This document shows, piece after piece, positions 63,765 through 64,000 of a stretch of DNA of 64,000 nucleotides. Source of the stretch: Patellaria atrata CBS 101060 (lineage: Eukaryota). The stretch's first letter is position 1. Each line of letters starts with the position of its first letter. The stretch covers positions 1,143,817 through 1,207,816 of the forward strand of contig MU006090.1 in NCBI GenBank assembly GCA_010093705.1. Direction: 5' to 3'. A model generated the notes under the pieces. That model saw only the letters and a program-made list of their open reading frames with translations. It was not told the DNA's origin and did no database searches. Made by a program: the position numbers and the translations under genes.

Positions 63765-64000
63765 CGTGATTATCGGTTGTTGTAGCAGTTCTCCTATGTC
63801 GGGTGTGATGGAAGTCAAGATGTTAATCTTGAGTGGTGAGGAGGTTGAGGACAAAAGGTCACTCCAAGCTATTTGAACCTACGTAAGGGTAGGCCGCGGA
63901 CCACAACCTAATTGTTGTGATCACCGATGAGTTTGGGGTACCTCAGCTGCGCTCCAGCACAACAGCCAAATAATCGGTGACGATGGAAGTTGAAAACAGC

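Overview
Eukaryotic, intron-containing DNA from a filamentous ascomycete (Pezizomycotina; Dothideomycete-like by inference). It has short GT-AG introns with CTRAY branch points and one 100-N assembly gap. About 19 protein-coding genes are supported: PKC1 (partial), a Zn2Cys6 transcription factor, a conserved hypothetical protein, a PHD-finger protein, VMA13, DIS3/RRP44, a single-pass membrane protein, APQ12, an MFS transporter, two orphan coiled-coil proteins, a bZIP-DUF3425 protein, TRM11, a PAP2 phosphatase, an ankyrin protein, a secreted group XIV phospholipase A2, an HMG-box factor, EMC5 (not recovered as a gene by the ORF track) and a fungal-luciferase-like protein. Two probable pseudogenes lie at 54-55.5 kb. 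I found no tRNA, rRNA, CRISPR array or intact transposon. The most interesting signals are post-transcriptional. (1) An in-frame AUA in a perfect Kozak context, with a downstream hairpin and a ~1 kb ATG-free leader, suggests non-AUG initiation of the Zn2Cys6 factor. (2) A hairpin-dense candidate ncRNA region with no credible coding sequence lies inside a 7.5-kb gap between convergent genes. (3) Oversized, structured first introns in EMC5 and TRM11 appear to sequester alternative splice sites. (4) A secreted-protein gene is interrupted only by TAG codons. All structures and exon boundaries were read by eye and need computational confirmation.
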